From positions 1 through 64,000 of the IMG/VR virus record IMGVR_UViG_3300033429_000001: DNA of 64,000 bases; one strand, 5' to 3'. Each line of letters begins with the position of its first letter. The first letter of the stretch is position 1. This DNA comes from a virus. Under the pieces are notes generated by a model. That model ran no database searches. It saw only the letters and a program-made list of their open reading frames with translations, and was not told where the DNA came from. The translations under genes and the position numbers were made by a program. Positions 45,494 to 55,018 of this stretch are shown here, piece after piece.

Positions 45494-46577
45494 GAATATC
45501 GAAACCGAAGAAACGTCAACTAAACTTATCAACATCTTGCCAAAGTCGCTGACAGTTGATGCTGATTATCTCATCCAGACGCATGAGTCCAAGTTTACGT
45601 CTCTGTTCAAGGAGGTCGAGATCGTCAGGCCGCTTGATACTTTGGGTGATGCACAAAAGAAATTGATTAAGATGTCACCAGGTACGAGTAAGATGGGTCA
45701 GCCAAAGGAAACGGCTGGAATAATAAAAGCCATTGAGAAGTACATCGAGTCCAGTTGGCATCCTGACAAGTTTCATCTCATCTATCATTCGTCCGGACTC
45801 GATAGCCGGATTATGTCGGGCCTCATCAAGCAAATTTTTAAGCGCAATGGGCATGAGTGGCTGGGCAATATTCTCTTTGTATGCTTTGGGCCGGAAAGCT
45901 TACAATTTGAACACATTATGGAGTACCAGGGATGGGGAAAAAATCAATACTGCACTGCCAAAAACTTGGTCGAATACCTTCGGCTGAATGTCGGAGATTT
46001 CAAGACGGCGGCTCGATGGCTGAATGGGCCAACGCGGGGTTGCCATAATCTCAATTATACCCTGACTGAATTATTGCAAGAGCAAGGGTTGATACCGGAT
46101 AACGATAACGAAATTCAAATTTTCAACGGCTATGGTTCAGATTATGAATTCAGGGGGGCCAATGACCCCAATGGTAACCGATTAGAACTCGAATTTGAGA
46201 AGGGCTACAAAGCCATTACCTCAACATCGTTCTTCAAAGTTGATGACGTGGTTTACCCATTCCTGGCTTACAGCGTTTTGGGGAGATTGATTAAGGCCCG
46301 TTTTCGGTATGGGTACGGTATCAGGGGAATGTTACTTGAAAAAATAGATCCGACTTTGGCGGTATTTGGTAGAGTTTCCAGGCAGATAGTCAAGCCGTTG
46401 CCGGGTGCGCTATTCAATAATTTGGTACTGAATTATAAGCGGTCATGGTACGGCCAAGTTGTCAGGCCCAACGCCATCCCGGTCAATAAATTTGAGGCGT
46501 CAGACTGGTGGGCTAACTGGACGGCGGCGGCTTACTGTGAGTATTTGATTGATAGGGGGTATATGGTGGATGTCTAA
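45462..46577 (+). CDS. Asparagine-synthase-like ATP pyrophosphatase domain protein
   Basis: SSGLDSR PP-loop, NGYGSD, YPFL. Confidence 0.6.
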   Translation: MSQFQRQRVFRNIETEETSTKLINILPKSLTVDADYLIQTHESKFTSLFKEVEIVRPLDTLGDAQKKLIKMSPGTSKMGQPKETAGIIKAIEKYIESSWHPDKFHLIYHSSGLDSRIMSGLIKQIFKRNGHEWLGNILFVCFGPESLQFEHIMEYQGWGKNQYCTAKNLVEYLRLNVGDFKTAARWLNGPTRGCHNLNYTLTELLQEQGLIPDNDNEIQIFNGYGSDYEFRGANDPNGNRLELEFEKGYKAITSTSFFKVDDVVYPFLAYSVLGRLIKARFRYGYGIRGMLLEKIDPTLAVFGRVSRQIVKPLPGALFNNLVLNYKRSWYGQVVRPNAIPVNKFEASDWWANWTAAAYCEYLIDRGYMVDV

Positions 46578-46795
46578 ACTAGAGGAAATTATGAAAATAT
46601 TTGAGTGGACCCGCCACAATCTTAATGGAGAACTTAATCATAGAACCGGCTATGGCGTTGGCTATGAAATAGATTTCTTTAGCTGCGTTTTTGGCATTTC
46701 TTGGTCAAGTTTCTTAATGAGATTTACAGTTCATATATTGTTTTTGATAATATGGGCAAACTTTCCGAGGAATTTACCACAAGCTGGAGATAAAC

Positions 46796-47464
46796 ATGCC
46801 TGACATAAAGGCCACACGTAAAGCTGGCTGGCAAAAAATATGGACAGCCGATCACATCAAGTCCGTATGGGATGAGAAGATAGCGCAAGCAGCTTGGCTC
46901 AGTACGCCGGCTTACAAAATGATTACGGACGCCTGCGAAGATTACGAATCCGTTCTTGATGTGGGCTGTGGCGGTGGTATTCAATATGCTGCGTTTCGGG
47001 AGTATGCACCAGAGATCAAGTACACCGGCATCGACATTCATCCGGGCATGGTGAAGTATGCCCGGCAAGCCTTCCCAGAAGTGACCTTTGATGAGGGGGA
47101 CGCCACCGAATTGCCTTATGCAGACAATGAGTTTGACGCGGCAATGCTGCGGCTGGTGATCGTTCACTACAAACCTGATTTTGTTGAGCAGATTTTGGCC
47201 GAAGCAATCAGGGTGTCTAGTAAGGCCCTCATTATTTTATTCGGGGCACCGCCGGTCGACATGGTTGACGCGGTTCGTTTGGGGAGGGAAGGCAATGCAG
47301 ATTTTAACATCTACGGGCGGGAGTGGTTGAAGTCGAAAATTGGGCGGTATTCATCTCAGTGGAAGTTTACAAAATTCACGTTAGAAGAGACGTACATCTA
47401 CAAAAAAGCCGTCTCAACCGCTGAGGGCAATCAAGAATTATGGGTAGTGAGGTACGATGTCTGA
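46796..47464 (+). CDS. Class I SAM-dependent methyltransferase
   Basis: VLDVGCGGG, GIDI, GDA..LPY.DN.FD. Confidence 0.9.
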   Translation: MPDIKATRKAGWQKIWTADHIKSVWDEKIAQAAWLSTPAYKMITDACEDYESVLDVGCGGGIQYAAFREYAPEIKYTGIDIHPGMVKYARQAFPEVTFDEGDATELPYADNEFDAAMLRLVIVHYKPDFVEQILAEAIRVSSKALIILFGAPPVDMVDAVRLGREGNADFNIYGREWLKSKIGRYSSQWKFTKFTLEETYIYKKAVSTAEGNQELWVVRYDV

Positions 47465-48014
47465 TTGGAAAACAATGCTAAAAGACAGGTCGCGCTTCTC
47501 AAGGGAATGGTACGAGGAGCATCCCGTCACTAAGGAGCTATTGGCTCAGGAAAAGGTATTCGCCGGCGGCCGAGTGCTAGACATTGGTTGCGGAATTGGT
47601 ACCAGAGCATGCATCGCTGCTGATTTTTATGACGGTGTACAAATCACCGGTATTGACAAGTCTGCCTATGCCATCAGCCAGGCTCGCGGTCTCTTTCAGC
47701 CAAATTTGAACTTCGAGGTCGGTGACATTATGACCGACCTGGATTATGACAACGAACATTTTGACGGGGCTTACATGCTGGCAGTTATTGAGCATATCAA
47801 AGATACCGCCCGGCTACTGGCCAAGATTAAGAGACTATTGAAAACAAATGGTTACCTGTTCATTTCCGTAACCGAAAACAACTACCACGGTGACCCAGAT
47901 CACGTCCATAGTTTCAGCCAGGAAAGTCTTGCCCAGGCCCTGACCGGCTTTTTTGCCGTCAGAGACATCTATGTAAAAGAGCATATTATTTTCGCTTTGG
48001 TGAAAAACGTATGA
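47457..48014 (+). CDS. Class I SAM-dependent methyltransferase
   Basis: VLDIGCGIG, VIEHI, LK.NG. Confidence 0.9.
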   Translation: MSDWKTMLKDRSRFSREWYEEHPVTKELLAQEKVFAGGRVLDIGCGIGTRACIAADFYDGVQITGIDKSAYAISQARGLFQPNLNFEVGDIMTDLDYDNEHFDGAYMLAVIEHIKDTARLLAKIKRLLKTNGYLFISVTENNYHGDPDHVHSFSQESLAQALTGFFAVRDIYVKEHIIFALVKNV

Positions 48015-48601
48015 CCGTCACAATAGTAATGCCTACCCTGGATTTTGAATCGGCGGCCAAAATGCTGACACAGGCAGAAAAGACCGCTGGCATGCCGTGT
48101 GCTACCGTTCTGGTGAAGGATTATGACAGGCGCGGTTCTACAATCTGCGGTAACGCTGCGCTCAAGGGGGGCATTGAGCTACGGACTCCGTTTGTGGCAT
48201 ATATCAACGACGATACTTTGATCACTCAAGAAAATTGGCTAAAGAGAATGATTGAAGCTCTGGGAACAAATCCAACTTATGGGGTGGCGGTACCCGGCGG
48301 CGGTTGCCGCACATCGCCTCAGAATACTGGTGAGCCAGGAATGCCAAGAGGCATAGAGGAAATAGAGGAAGCGGCCTTTATTTGTGCCGTGTTCCGACGC
48401 GATGTGCTGACCAGTATCGGGATTTTCGATTACAACTTTACGCATTACGGCAACGACAGCGATTTATTCCGCCGGATGCGGCGGGCAGGGTGGCGCGGCA
48501 TCTGGGTCAAGGATGTTTTTGTTGAGCATACGACAAGGCAGATAGCCAAGAGATGGCAAGCGAAAGACAAGAAAGTATTCAAAGAAAAATGGTCAAACTA
48601 A
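48011..48601 (+). CDS. GT2 family glycosyltransferase
   Basis: IVMPT, INDDT, G.FD..F..YG.D.DL..R. Confidence 0.85.
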   Translation: MTVTIVMPTLDFESAAKMLTQAEKTAGMPCATVLVKDYDRRGSTICGNAALKGGIELRTPFVAYINDDTLITQENWLKRMIEALGTNPTYGVAVPGGGCRTSPQNTGEPGMPRGIEEIEEAAFICAVFRRDVLTSIGIFDYNFTHYGNDSDLFRRMRRAGWRGIWVKDVFVEHTTRQIAKRWQAKDKKVFKEKWSN

Positions 48602-49095
48602 ACATAGGTTGCGGTAAGCAGCGCTTAGATGGGTATACCAACATTGACAAATATCCCACTGATGCGGCTGATATTATCAGCCCGGCTCATGAGTTGAAGT
48701 ATGCTGATGATTCAGTGGATGAAATTCTATCATCGCATATGATTGAGCATCTCATCCAGACGGAGCTTGATCTTGCTTTGGCCGAATGGTTCAGAGTATT
48801 AAAAAGCGGTGGCAAACTGGTTATTCGTTGCCCCAACTTTGAGCTTTACGTCAAGGAATACCTTGAGGGTAACGAGGAGTACAAAGCCGGGTGGGGGCTT
48901 ATCAACATCTTTGGCTGGCAAGATCGTGGTGAGGGGATGCTGCACAGGACTGGGTTTACTGTCAGTAGACTGGCGAAGTTAGTCGGTCATTATGGCTTTA
49001 CCGTCCAACGATGTGAGACGACCCAAACCCGTCAAAAACGCGGCCCAGAATTCAGAGAAAATGGAGATATAATCTGTGAAGCCATTAAGCCCTGA
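48589..49095 (+). CDS. Methyltransferase (type 11-like)
   Basis: KLNIGCG...GY.NID, SVDEI.SSH.IEH, EW.RVLK.GG. Confidence 0.88.
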   Translation: MVKLNIGCGKQRLDGYTNIDKYPTDAADIISPAHELKYADDSVDEILSSHMIEHLIQTELDLALAEWFRVLKSGGKLVIRCPNFELYVKEYLEGNEEYKAGWGLINIFGWQDRGEGMLHRTGFTVSRLAKLVGHYGFTVQRCETTQTRQKRGPEFRENGDIICEAIKP

Positions 49096-50065
49096 AAAAA
49101 TCCTATACACAGACGCCCTCAGCGATACCCAGGCCCAGGCCAATATTAGGGGGATTCGCAAGGCTTATGAGAAAATAGGCGAGGTCATCGCGTTTGATTA
49201 CCGGATGGCCACCAGGTCGGTTGGTATGATTGATGCCAATGACCAACTGGTAAGGCTTGCCGTAGAAAACGGGATAGACTTTATTCATTTGGGTAAGGGC
49301 GAAAGCATCTTGGGAGAAACTATCAAGAGAATCAAGACGGTGTTTCCGGCGATAAAAATAATCCATTTCTATGGCGACTATCGGCCAAGCCCCCCGGCCT
49401 GGGTCACTGATTTGGGACGATATGTTGATGTGACTTTCATTCAGGGCAGAGACGAGGGCCTGCGAGAAAAATATCAACAAGCCGGCTGTCGTCGGGTAGA
49501 GTTTCTTAATTGCGGCACCGACCCAGATATTTTTTATCCGCAATCGGTAGACAAAGAATACGACATCGTTTTTATGGCCAACTACTCAAAGCCTGACAAG
49601 TTCGAGTGGATGAAAGGTCGGTTGGAATTAGTCAAGGCAATAGCGTCCAATGGATTCGGTATTCATATTTTCGGTACCGGGTGGGGGAAATTGGGGGAGA
49701 CTAAAAATATAACCCTTCATCCGTTTGTAGCCGGCGAGGCTTTCGCCCGAGAATGCTCGAAGGCAAAGCTGGCCTTGGCCTACGGCACAAACAAGGTACG
49801 AGGTTATACCTCTTGGCCCAGATTGCTCAACTCTATGTCGAGCGGGACAATGGTACTGACCAAATATTTCCCAGGCCTCGAGGACGTTTTTGAAAACGCC
49901 TACGACTTGCAATGGTTCACCAGAGAGAAAGATTTAATCAACCTAGTCCGCTACTATTTGGACAATGACGAGGAGCGAAAAAAAATAGCCGAATCTGGGC
50001 GGAACCAAGTACTAGAAAATCATACCTGGAATCACCGCATAGAAACGATTTTATCTTATGTCTAA
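49076..50065 (+). CDS. CgeB/YkvP-like glycosyltransferase
   Basis: DP.IFYP, YDIVF..N, FG.GW, R..IA..G...V..NHTW..R. Confidence 0.85.
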   Translation: MKPLSPEKILYTDALSDTQAQANIRGIRKAYEKIGEVIAFDYRMATRSVGMIDANDQLVRLAVENGIDFIHLGKGESILGETIKRIKTVFPAIKIIHFYGDYRPSPPAWVTDLGRYVDVTFIQGRDEGLREKYQQAGCRRVEFLNCGTDPDIFYPQSVDKEYDIVFMANYSKPDKFEWMKGRLELVKAIASNGFGIHIFGTGWGKLGETKNITLHPFVAGEAFARECSKAKLALAYGTNKVRGYTSWPRLLNSMSSGTMVLTKYFPGLEDVFENAYDLQWFTREKDLINLVRYYLDNDEERKKIAESGRNQVLENHTWNHRIETILSYV

Positions 50066-50723
50066 CATAATTGTCTACACAGCAATCATGGGGAATTATG
50101 ACACTCTGCGCGAACCGAAAGAAAAAGGATCGGCCAAATTCGTTGCATTTTTAACCCATCAGTTCAAGAGTCGCGGATGGGAAACTCATTTAATTGTCCC
50201 GATGCAGGACTTGGTGAGAACGGCGAGAAATTACAAGATTATGTCTCACATCCATTTCCCTGAAGCCGAGTACACAATTTGGGTAGATGGAAATATAATT
50301 CCCAGGATTGCCCCTGATGTTTTGGTGGAGGAGTGCCTAAGTGACGGTATCGACATTGCCGCTTTCCGGCATCCTTCACGGGATTGCGCCTATCAGGAGG
50401 CAGCCAGGTGCATTGTCAAAGGTAAGGACAAGTCGGAAAAATTAACAGGCCAGGCGAACATCTATAGTACAGAAGGATTTCCAAGAAATTATGGTTTGGT
50501 AGAGACTGGATTTGTCATTCGACGCAATACACCACAGGTGACTTTGCTCAACGAAAAGTGGTGGGAGCAAGCAGAAAAACACTCAAACCGGGATCAGGTT
50601 GGTTTACCATATGCCCTATGGAAAACTGGTACAGAAATCAACCGACTAGAGGGGTCGCTTATCAAACATAATTGGTTTGAGCATAAAGCGCATAGCAGTA
50701 AGGAGGTCTTGCATGGTAGCTAA
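50058..50723 (+). CDS. DUF616 (TOD1/MUCI70-like) glycosyltransferase
   Basis: VYTAI.G.YD.L, R..KI..H, IWVDGN, HP.RDC.Y.EA, RDQ. Confidence 0.88.
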   Translation: MSNIIVYTAIMGNYDTLREPKEKGSAKFVAFLTHQFKSRGWETHLIVPMQDLVRTARNYKIMSHIHFPEAEYTIWVDGNIIPRIAPDVLVEECLSDGIDIAAFRHPSRDCAYQEAARCIVKGKDKSEKLTGQANIYSTEGFPRNYGLVETGFVIRRNTPQVTLLNEKWWEQAEKHSNRDQVGLPYALWKTGTEINRLEGSLIKHNWFEHKAHSSKEVLHGS

Positions 50724-51060
50724 TTTGTACGCCTTGAAAAAATATAAGCACAGTACCACCAGTACATTTGTCCTGGTAGTTGAGCCGGGGAACGATGCCA
50801 GGCTCATTAGCGTAACGGCAAAATTTGATGTAGCCCCAACCACCAGCGAAGATTTTACAATTGTACAGCGATTTGCCGATGGTGGAGAGTACAATACTCA
50901 GCTTTTAGTCACTGACCCGTCGGCAGCCAGTACAACGGACATTTTCTGGCAACCAGATTCAGAGTACCTCATCGAGAAGGACGATTCGATTCGAATCGCG
51001 TATACCAATACCGATGCCCGGAAATTGTCAGTTATGGTAACAATGGAGGTCGAGCAATGA
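50713..51060 (+). CDS. Hypothetical virion-associated protein
   Basis: AAGGAGGT RBS; beta-rich. Confidence 0.65.
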   Translation: MVANLYALKKYKHSTTSTFVLVVEPGNDARLISVTAKFDVAPTTSEDFTIVQRFADGGEYNTQLLVTDPSAASTTDIFWQPDSEYLIEKDDSIRIAYTNTDARKLSVMVTMEVEQ

Positions 51061-51617
51061 CACTGATTTTGAATGGAGCAAGCACTGTTGCCCAACAGTC
51101 AACCCTTGAGGAGATAGAAGAAGAGGTCGAAGAAATCGACCAGCACAGCCACAACGTAGAAAGGTGGTGGGGGGCGGTAGCTGTCCCGGATGAAACAAAC
51201 GCAATTGACGCCACCGTAACTGTACCATTTGTGGCAGCCAGTGGCAATGATGACTGGGGTACAGCTATTCCGATTTGCGGTACGGCAGATGTGCCCGTAT
51301 TGGCCAATCAAACTACATTTGATCCTCATCGGGTTTTGGTAACTGCCCTGGACGATCAGACGGATCCCTGGCGTCTACGAATCATTTGGGGCACCGGTAC
51401 CTCAGCGGATGCAATCAGTGCCGGGCAATGGTCAGAGGTGATGGCAATAGCCAATGCAGTACCGGGCAACAGGGCGGGCGGAGCGCCGGTAGATATTAGA
51501 ATGCCACCGATAGCAGTAGGCACAAAAATGTGGGCGCAAGTCTGGAATGATACCAACCTGGAAGAATTAGAGTTTTTCTGGGGTGCCCACGGCTATCCCT
51601 ACCCACCACCAGCATAG
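51057..51617 (+). CDS. Hypothetical virion-associated protein
   Basis: GGAGG RBS; ATGA overlap. Confidence 0.65.
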   Translation: MTLILNGASTVAQQSTLEEIEEEVEEIDQHSHNVERWWGAVAVPDETNAIDATVTVPFVAASGNDDWGTAIPICGTADVPVLANQTTFDPHRVLVTALDDQTDPWRLRIIWGTGTSADAISAGQWSEVMAIANAVPGNRAGGAPVDIRMPPIAVGTKMWAQVWNDTNLEELEFFWGAHGYPYPPPA

Positions 51618-51625
51618 GAGGAATC

Positions 51626-52294
51626 ATGGCTTATTGCACAGCCGCCGAAGTGAGAGCGCAGATAGATAAAGATAGCAACGCAGATGACGCGACGATTACA
51701 GCCATGATTGCTGCGGCTGAGGAAGCCATCAACAATTTTTGTAATCGGCCCGATGGGTTCGAGGCTGGGGTGGCTGCCGCTCGTACCTTTGGAGGTAGCG
51801 GCAAGGCGTGGCAGTGGATAGATGAGACCGAATCCATTACAACGGTAGAGGTTAAGGACAGTCCGACGGATACGGGCTATACCACGTGGGCGGCAGATGA
51901 CTGGGTAGCCTTTAGCGGATCGGCCAAGCATCCGAATTATAATTTGACACCCTATCAGGCGTTGATGGTTACGGCAAGTGGAGACTACGCCACCTTTACG
52001 AGTGGTAAATTCTCAGGGCGGCGTGGATTCAGGCCAGACCGGGAACAGCCGTTTGTCGTCGAAACGGTGCGGGTAACGGCTCGGTGGGGGTATTCAGTGA
52101 CGGTGCCGGATGCGATTAAGCAGGCTTGCATTACGCAAACGGCGATTTGGTATAAAAGAGGTCAAGGTGGCTGGAGTAAAATTTTGGCATCAAATGAGTT
52201 TGGCGCGCTTGAATTTGATGAGGAGCTTGATCCAGCAGTCAGGTTACTACTTTGGTCAGGTAGATTCATCAAGCCAGCAACCGGCAACAGGTAA
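51626..52294 (+). CDS. Head-tail adaptor (gp6/gp15-like)
   Basis: MAYCT..EV....I.AA...I..FCNR...V.VTARWG....VPDAIKQA. Confidence 0.85.
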   Translation: MAYCTAAEVRAQIDKDSNADDATITAMIAAAEEAINNFCNRPDGFEAGVAAARTFGGSGKAWQWIDETESITTVEVKDSPTDTGYTTWAADDWVAFSGSAKHPNYNLTPYQALMVTASGDYATFTSGKFSGRRGFRPDREQPFVVETVRVTARWGYSVTVPDAIKQACITQTAIWYKRGQGGWSKILASNEFGALEFDEELDPAVRLLLWSGRFIKPATGNR

Positions 52295-52327
52295 TTAGAA
52301 TTAAAAACATGTACACCGTGTGCATAT

Positions 52328-52356
52328 GTGACAAAGACACTGCGTCACGGTATAAT
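52328..52356 (+). promoter_or_regulatory. Promoter GTGACA-17-TATAAT upstream of leader copy 2
   Basis: Spacing and -10 consensus. Confidence 0.6.
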
Positions 52357-52363
52357 AAATAAT

Positions 52364-52438
52364 CAAATAACCCGGCCCCCAGGTCAAACAGACCCAACAG
52401 CCAACCAGTGCTTAACCGCACGGTTGGCTTTTTTTTAT
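52364..52438 (+). ncRNA. Repeated structured late-gene leader, copy 2
   Basis: Homologue of 29579-29651. Confidence 0.7.
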
Positions 52439-52464
52439 GGCATTGAGAAATCAAGAGGGAAGCA

Positions 52465-52941
52465 ATGGCAGTCGAAGTTGTAGGAGCTAAAGAGCTTGTA
52501 GCCAAGCTTTGTCAAATTAGCGAAGACCTGACAGGCCCTCCAATGATAGACGCAATGAGGAAGTCTACATTACTGGTCACGCGCACCGCTCGCCAACGGG
52601 CACCCATTGACCGGGGTGGCCTGCGGGCAAGCATCATGCCAGAGGTAGTGATAGAAACGAAAAAAGTTATCGGCATCGTTGGTAGTAATAAAATTCATGC
52701 CCCGGCTCAGGAACTTGGCACCAAGCCATATTGGGCACCCCTTCAGCCGCTTATTAACTGGGTACGCCGAAAAGGGATGGCAACCGGTAACGCTATTTAC
52801 GCGGTGGCCAAGGGGGTCCAACGAGCCATTGCCCGGCGAGGCATAATACCAAAGGAATTCCTCAAAAAAGGACTTGAGGAGAATACAGAGAGAATTATCA
52901 ACATTTTAGATCAAGCAGTAACCAGGATTATAAAAAAATGA
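52465..52941 (+). CDS. HK97 gp10-like tail completion protein
   Basis: AP.D.G.LRASI, VGSN..HA...E.GT, P..FL. Confidence 0.85.
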   Translation: MAVEVVGAKELVAKLCQISEDLTGPPMIDAMRKSTLLVTRTARQRAPIDRGGLRASIMPEVVIETKKVIGIVGSNKIHAPAQELGTKPYWAPLQPLINWVRRKGMATGNAIYAVAKGVQRAIARRGIIPKEFLKKGLEENTERIINILDQAVTRIIKK

Positions 52942-53186
52942 CCGAGGTCAGGGCGAGAGATTTACCAAGTGGCATCGTGGATCATACAAAGATCATGTAT
53001 GGTGACATTGATATATCAAGTATCTGCGTTGCTGCCGATCAACGGGCAGGATGGGCGGACGTGATAATCCATACCCAAGAAAATGAAGTACTCAGGGATT
53101 TCAGGGAGAATAGCCTACAACCACTCATAGTAAGAGTAACTGGCCCAATACGGGTAATCTATTATGGCAACAATAACCACCGCTGA
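52938..53186 (+). CDS. Hypothetical protein
   Basis: Overlaps both neighbours in the operon. Confidence 0.55.
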   Translation: MTEVRARDLPSGIVDHTKIMYGDIDISSICVAADQRAGWADVIIHTQENEVLRDFRENSLQPLIVRVTGPIRVIYYGNNNHR

Positions 53187-53613
53187 AATAAATACCGCCA
53201 TTGCCACCACCCTGGGGGCAGCGGCTTCACTGGTCAGAACTCAGGACTACGACGAATTGACCGAAGGAATGGCCGATACTCCTACCCTGCAAGTGTATTG
53301 GGAGGAGGAATTAAGCGACCCCAGCGGCACGGCTGACCGGACGGCCTTTAGGGGTGGCATACGCCAAACAGATATAACATTTCATGCGGATATTTACGTC
53401 AATCAACGGGCCAACATCGGCGAAGACATGGGTAGGTTGTACACCGCAAAAGATGAGATTGACGACATATTGCAGGCCCAAGATACCAAGCCATACTTTG
53501 GCCTGACCGGGATAAAAGCCTTAATGCAGTGGAGCGCAACCAGAGTAATCTTCTCGTATGGCGGGGCTGATTACATCGGAATAAGGTACTTTATTCCCAT
53601 AAAAATATTTTAA
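53164..53613 (+). CDS. Putative tail terminator
   Basis: Size and position between gp10-like and tail tube genes. Confidence 0.65.
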   Translation: MATITTAEINTAIATTLGAAASLVRTQDYDELTEGMADTPTLQVYWEEELSDPSGTADRTAFRGGIRQTDITFHADIYVNQRANIGEDMGRLYTAKDEIDDILQAQDTKPYFGLTGIKALMQWSATRVIFSYGGADYIGIRYFIPIKIF

Positions 53614-53625
53614 GGAGGTGATGCT

Positions 53626-53958
53626 ATGGCTTTGTACAGAATTCATAAGCCGATGGACAAGCCAGGGCTGGCAGTAGGTGGTATAGATTCATTGGCCTGG
53701 CTCAGGCCGGAGCAGATAGCCATCTTGGTGGATCGAGAGATTATATCAAGGGTGGCCGCATTGCCTTTGTCAGAAATTCCGGGCTGGAAGACCAGGGCTA
53801 ACAAGTTGGCGACCGCCAATATTGACAATGCCGAACAATTTATTGAGGCCGATATTGGCCTGATTAAAAAGGTGTTACGGGCCAAACCTGAAACGATTCA
53901 GAAATGGAAAAGAGAGCTACTCAATCAGTGGATTGTCATCAGTAAAAAACGCAAATGA
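53626..53958 (+). CDS. Hypothetical protein with HhH-like motif
   Basis: AAGGAGGTG RBS; LSEIPG...RA.KL..A.I. Confidence 0.65.
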   Translation: MALYRIHKPMDKPGLAVGGIDSLAWLRPEQIAILVDREIISRVAALPLSEIPGWKTRANKLATANIDNAEQFIEADIGLIKKVLRAKPETIQKWKRELLNQWIVISKKRK

Positions 53959-53997
53959 TGTACAAAAATAGTTTAGTTAAACGAAAGGAGTTTTATC

Positions 53998-54444
53998 ATG
54001 GCACAAACCACGACAGCCATTAACGCATGTGACGCAGTTGTACAACTTACCAATAGCGCCGGCCTGTGGATTGATATTTCCGGCAGTTCCAACGAGGTAT
54101 CAATCGACATCGCCAACGATGTTGGAGATGTGACGGTTTTTGGGGGGCAGTGGAAGAATACGCTGAGCTGTAAGTCAGCGGCCACCTTTGCCCTTAACGC
54201 CGTTTACACCACGGCAGCATCAGAAGCCAAGGACTTGCTGATTGATTGGCAATTCACCAACACCGGAATCCGCATTTTGCAAGTCAACATTCCGGATAAC
54301 TCAATTGGCAGCGACCGGTATCAGAGCAATGTGGTTCTGGAGAGTCTTGGCATTCCAGCAACGTCCGGTGATGCGGCCCCAATCATTATTGCGGCCTCGA
54401 TGCGTAATGATGGCGAAGTGACAGCAGCTACTGTGGCAACCTAA
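53998..54444 (+). CDS. Tail tube (major tail) protein
   Basis: DISG....VSI......DVT.FG; followed by hairpin and chaperone. Confidence 0.8.
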   Translation: MAQTTTAINACDAVVQLTNSAGLWIDISGSSNEVSIDIANDVGDVTVFGGQWKNTLSCKSAATFALNAVYTTAASEAKDLLIDWQFTNTGIRILQVNIPDNSIGSDRYQSNVVLESLGIPATSGDAAPIIIAASMRNDGEVTAATVAT

Positions 54445-54452
54445 ATTTCAAT

Positions 54453-54480
54453 TGTGCCTGGGGCAATAGCCCCAGGCACA
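54453..54480 (+). terminator. Hairpin after the tail tube gene
   Basis: TGTGCCTGGGGC/GCCCCAGGCACA; weak T tract. Confidence 0.55.
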
Positions 54481-54497
54481 TATACTATGAGGACGAA

Positions 54498-54818
54498 ATG
54501 GCAAAACGTAAAACATCAATGCGGGAATACAAAACGCCGGCCTTGCAAGGGGCGGGTTCGTATGTAATATTTAAGGCTTTGACAGTTGGCGAGATCAAAG
54601 AAATCAGAGAAACCAGAACCGAGGTAGATGACGGCGATGCGTTCGAGGTTGGCCTTGACACTATCGCCAAGCATCTGATTGGATGGAACTGGGTAGATGA
54701 TGACGGGGACGCTCTCCCGCTTCCCTCAGAGGACCCGGAAGTCATTAACCTTCTGACTGATGACGAATGTACATTTCTTGCCGAGAAACTAATCGGCAAG
54801 GCTGACTCAAAAAACTAG
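54498..54818 (+). CDS. Tail assembly chaperone (gpG-like)
   Basis: L.GWNW.DDDG..LP.P; between tube and tape measure. Confidence 0.85.
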   Translation: MAKRKTSMREYKTPALQGAGSYVIFKALTVGEIKEIRETRTEVDDGDAFEVGLDTIAKHLIGWNWVDDDGDALPLPSEDPEVINLLTDDECTFLAEKLIGKADSKN

Positions 54819-55018
54819 CCGAGCGCCTCAGAATTCACTTAATGATGCCTAATCACGCGAAATTTGAAGCGCCTTGGGAGTATGTCGAACTCTTGCTATG
54901 TCGAGATGTTTATCATTGCCTGCCGTCCCAGTTGCAGGATGAGGACTGGGTAGACATCCAGAACACCATAACAATGATAAACACCGAGGCAGAGGTCAGG
55001 AAACTTAAAGGAAAATAA
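54809..55018 (+). CDS. -1 frameshift extension (gpGT-like) from slippery site A AAA AAC
   Basis: Heptamer 54809-54815 before TAG; -1 frame open to TAA overlapping the TMP ATG. Confidence 0.85.
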   Translation, partial: KKLAERLRIHLMMPNHAKFEAPWEYVELLLCRDVYHCLPSQLQDEDWVDIQNTITMINTEAEVRKLKGK

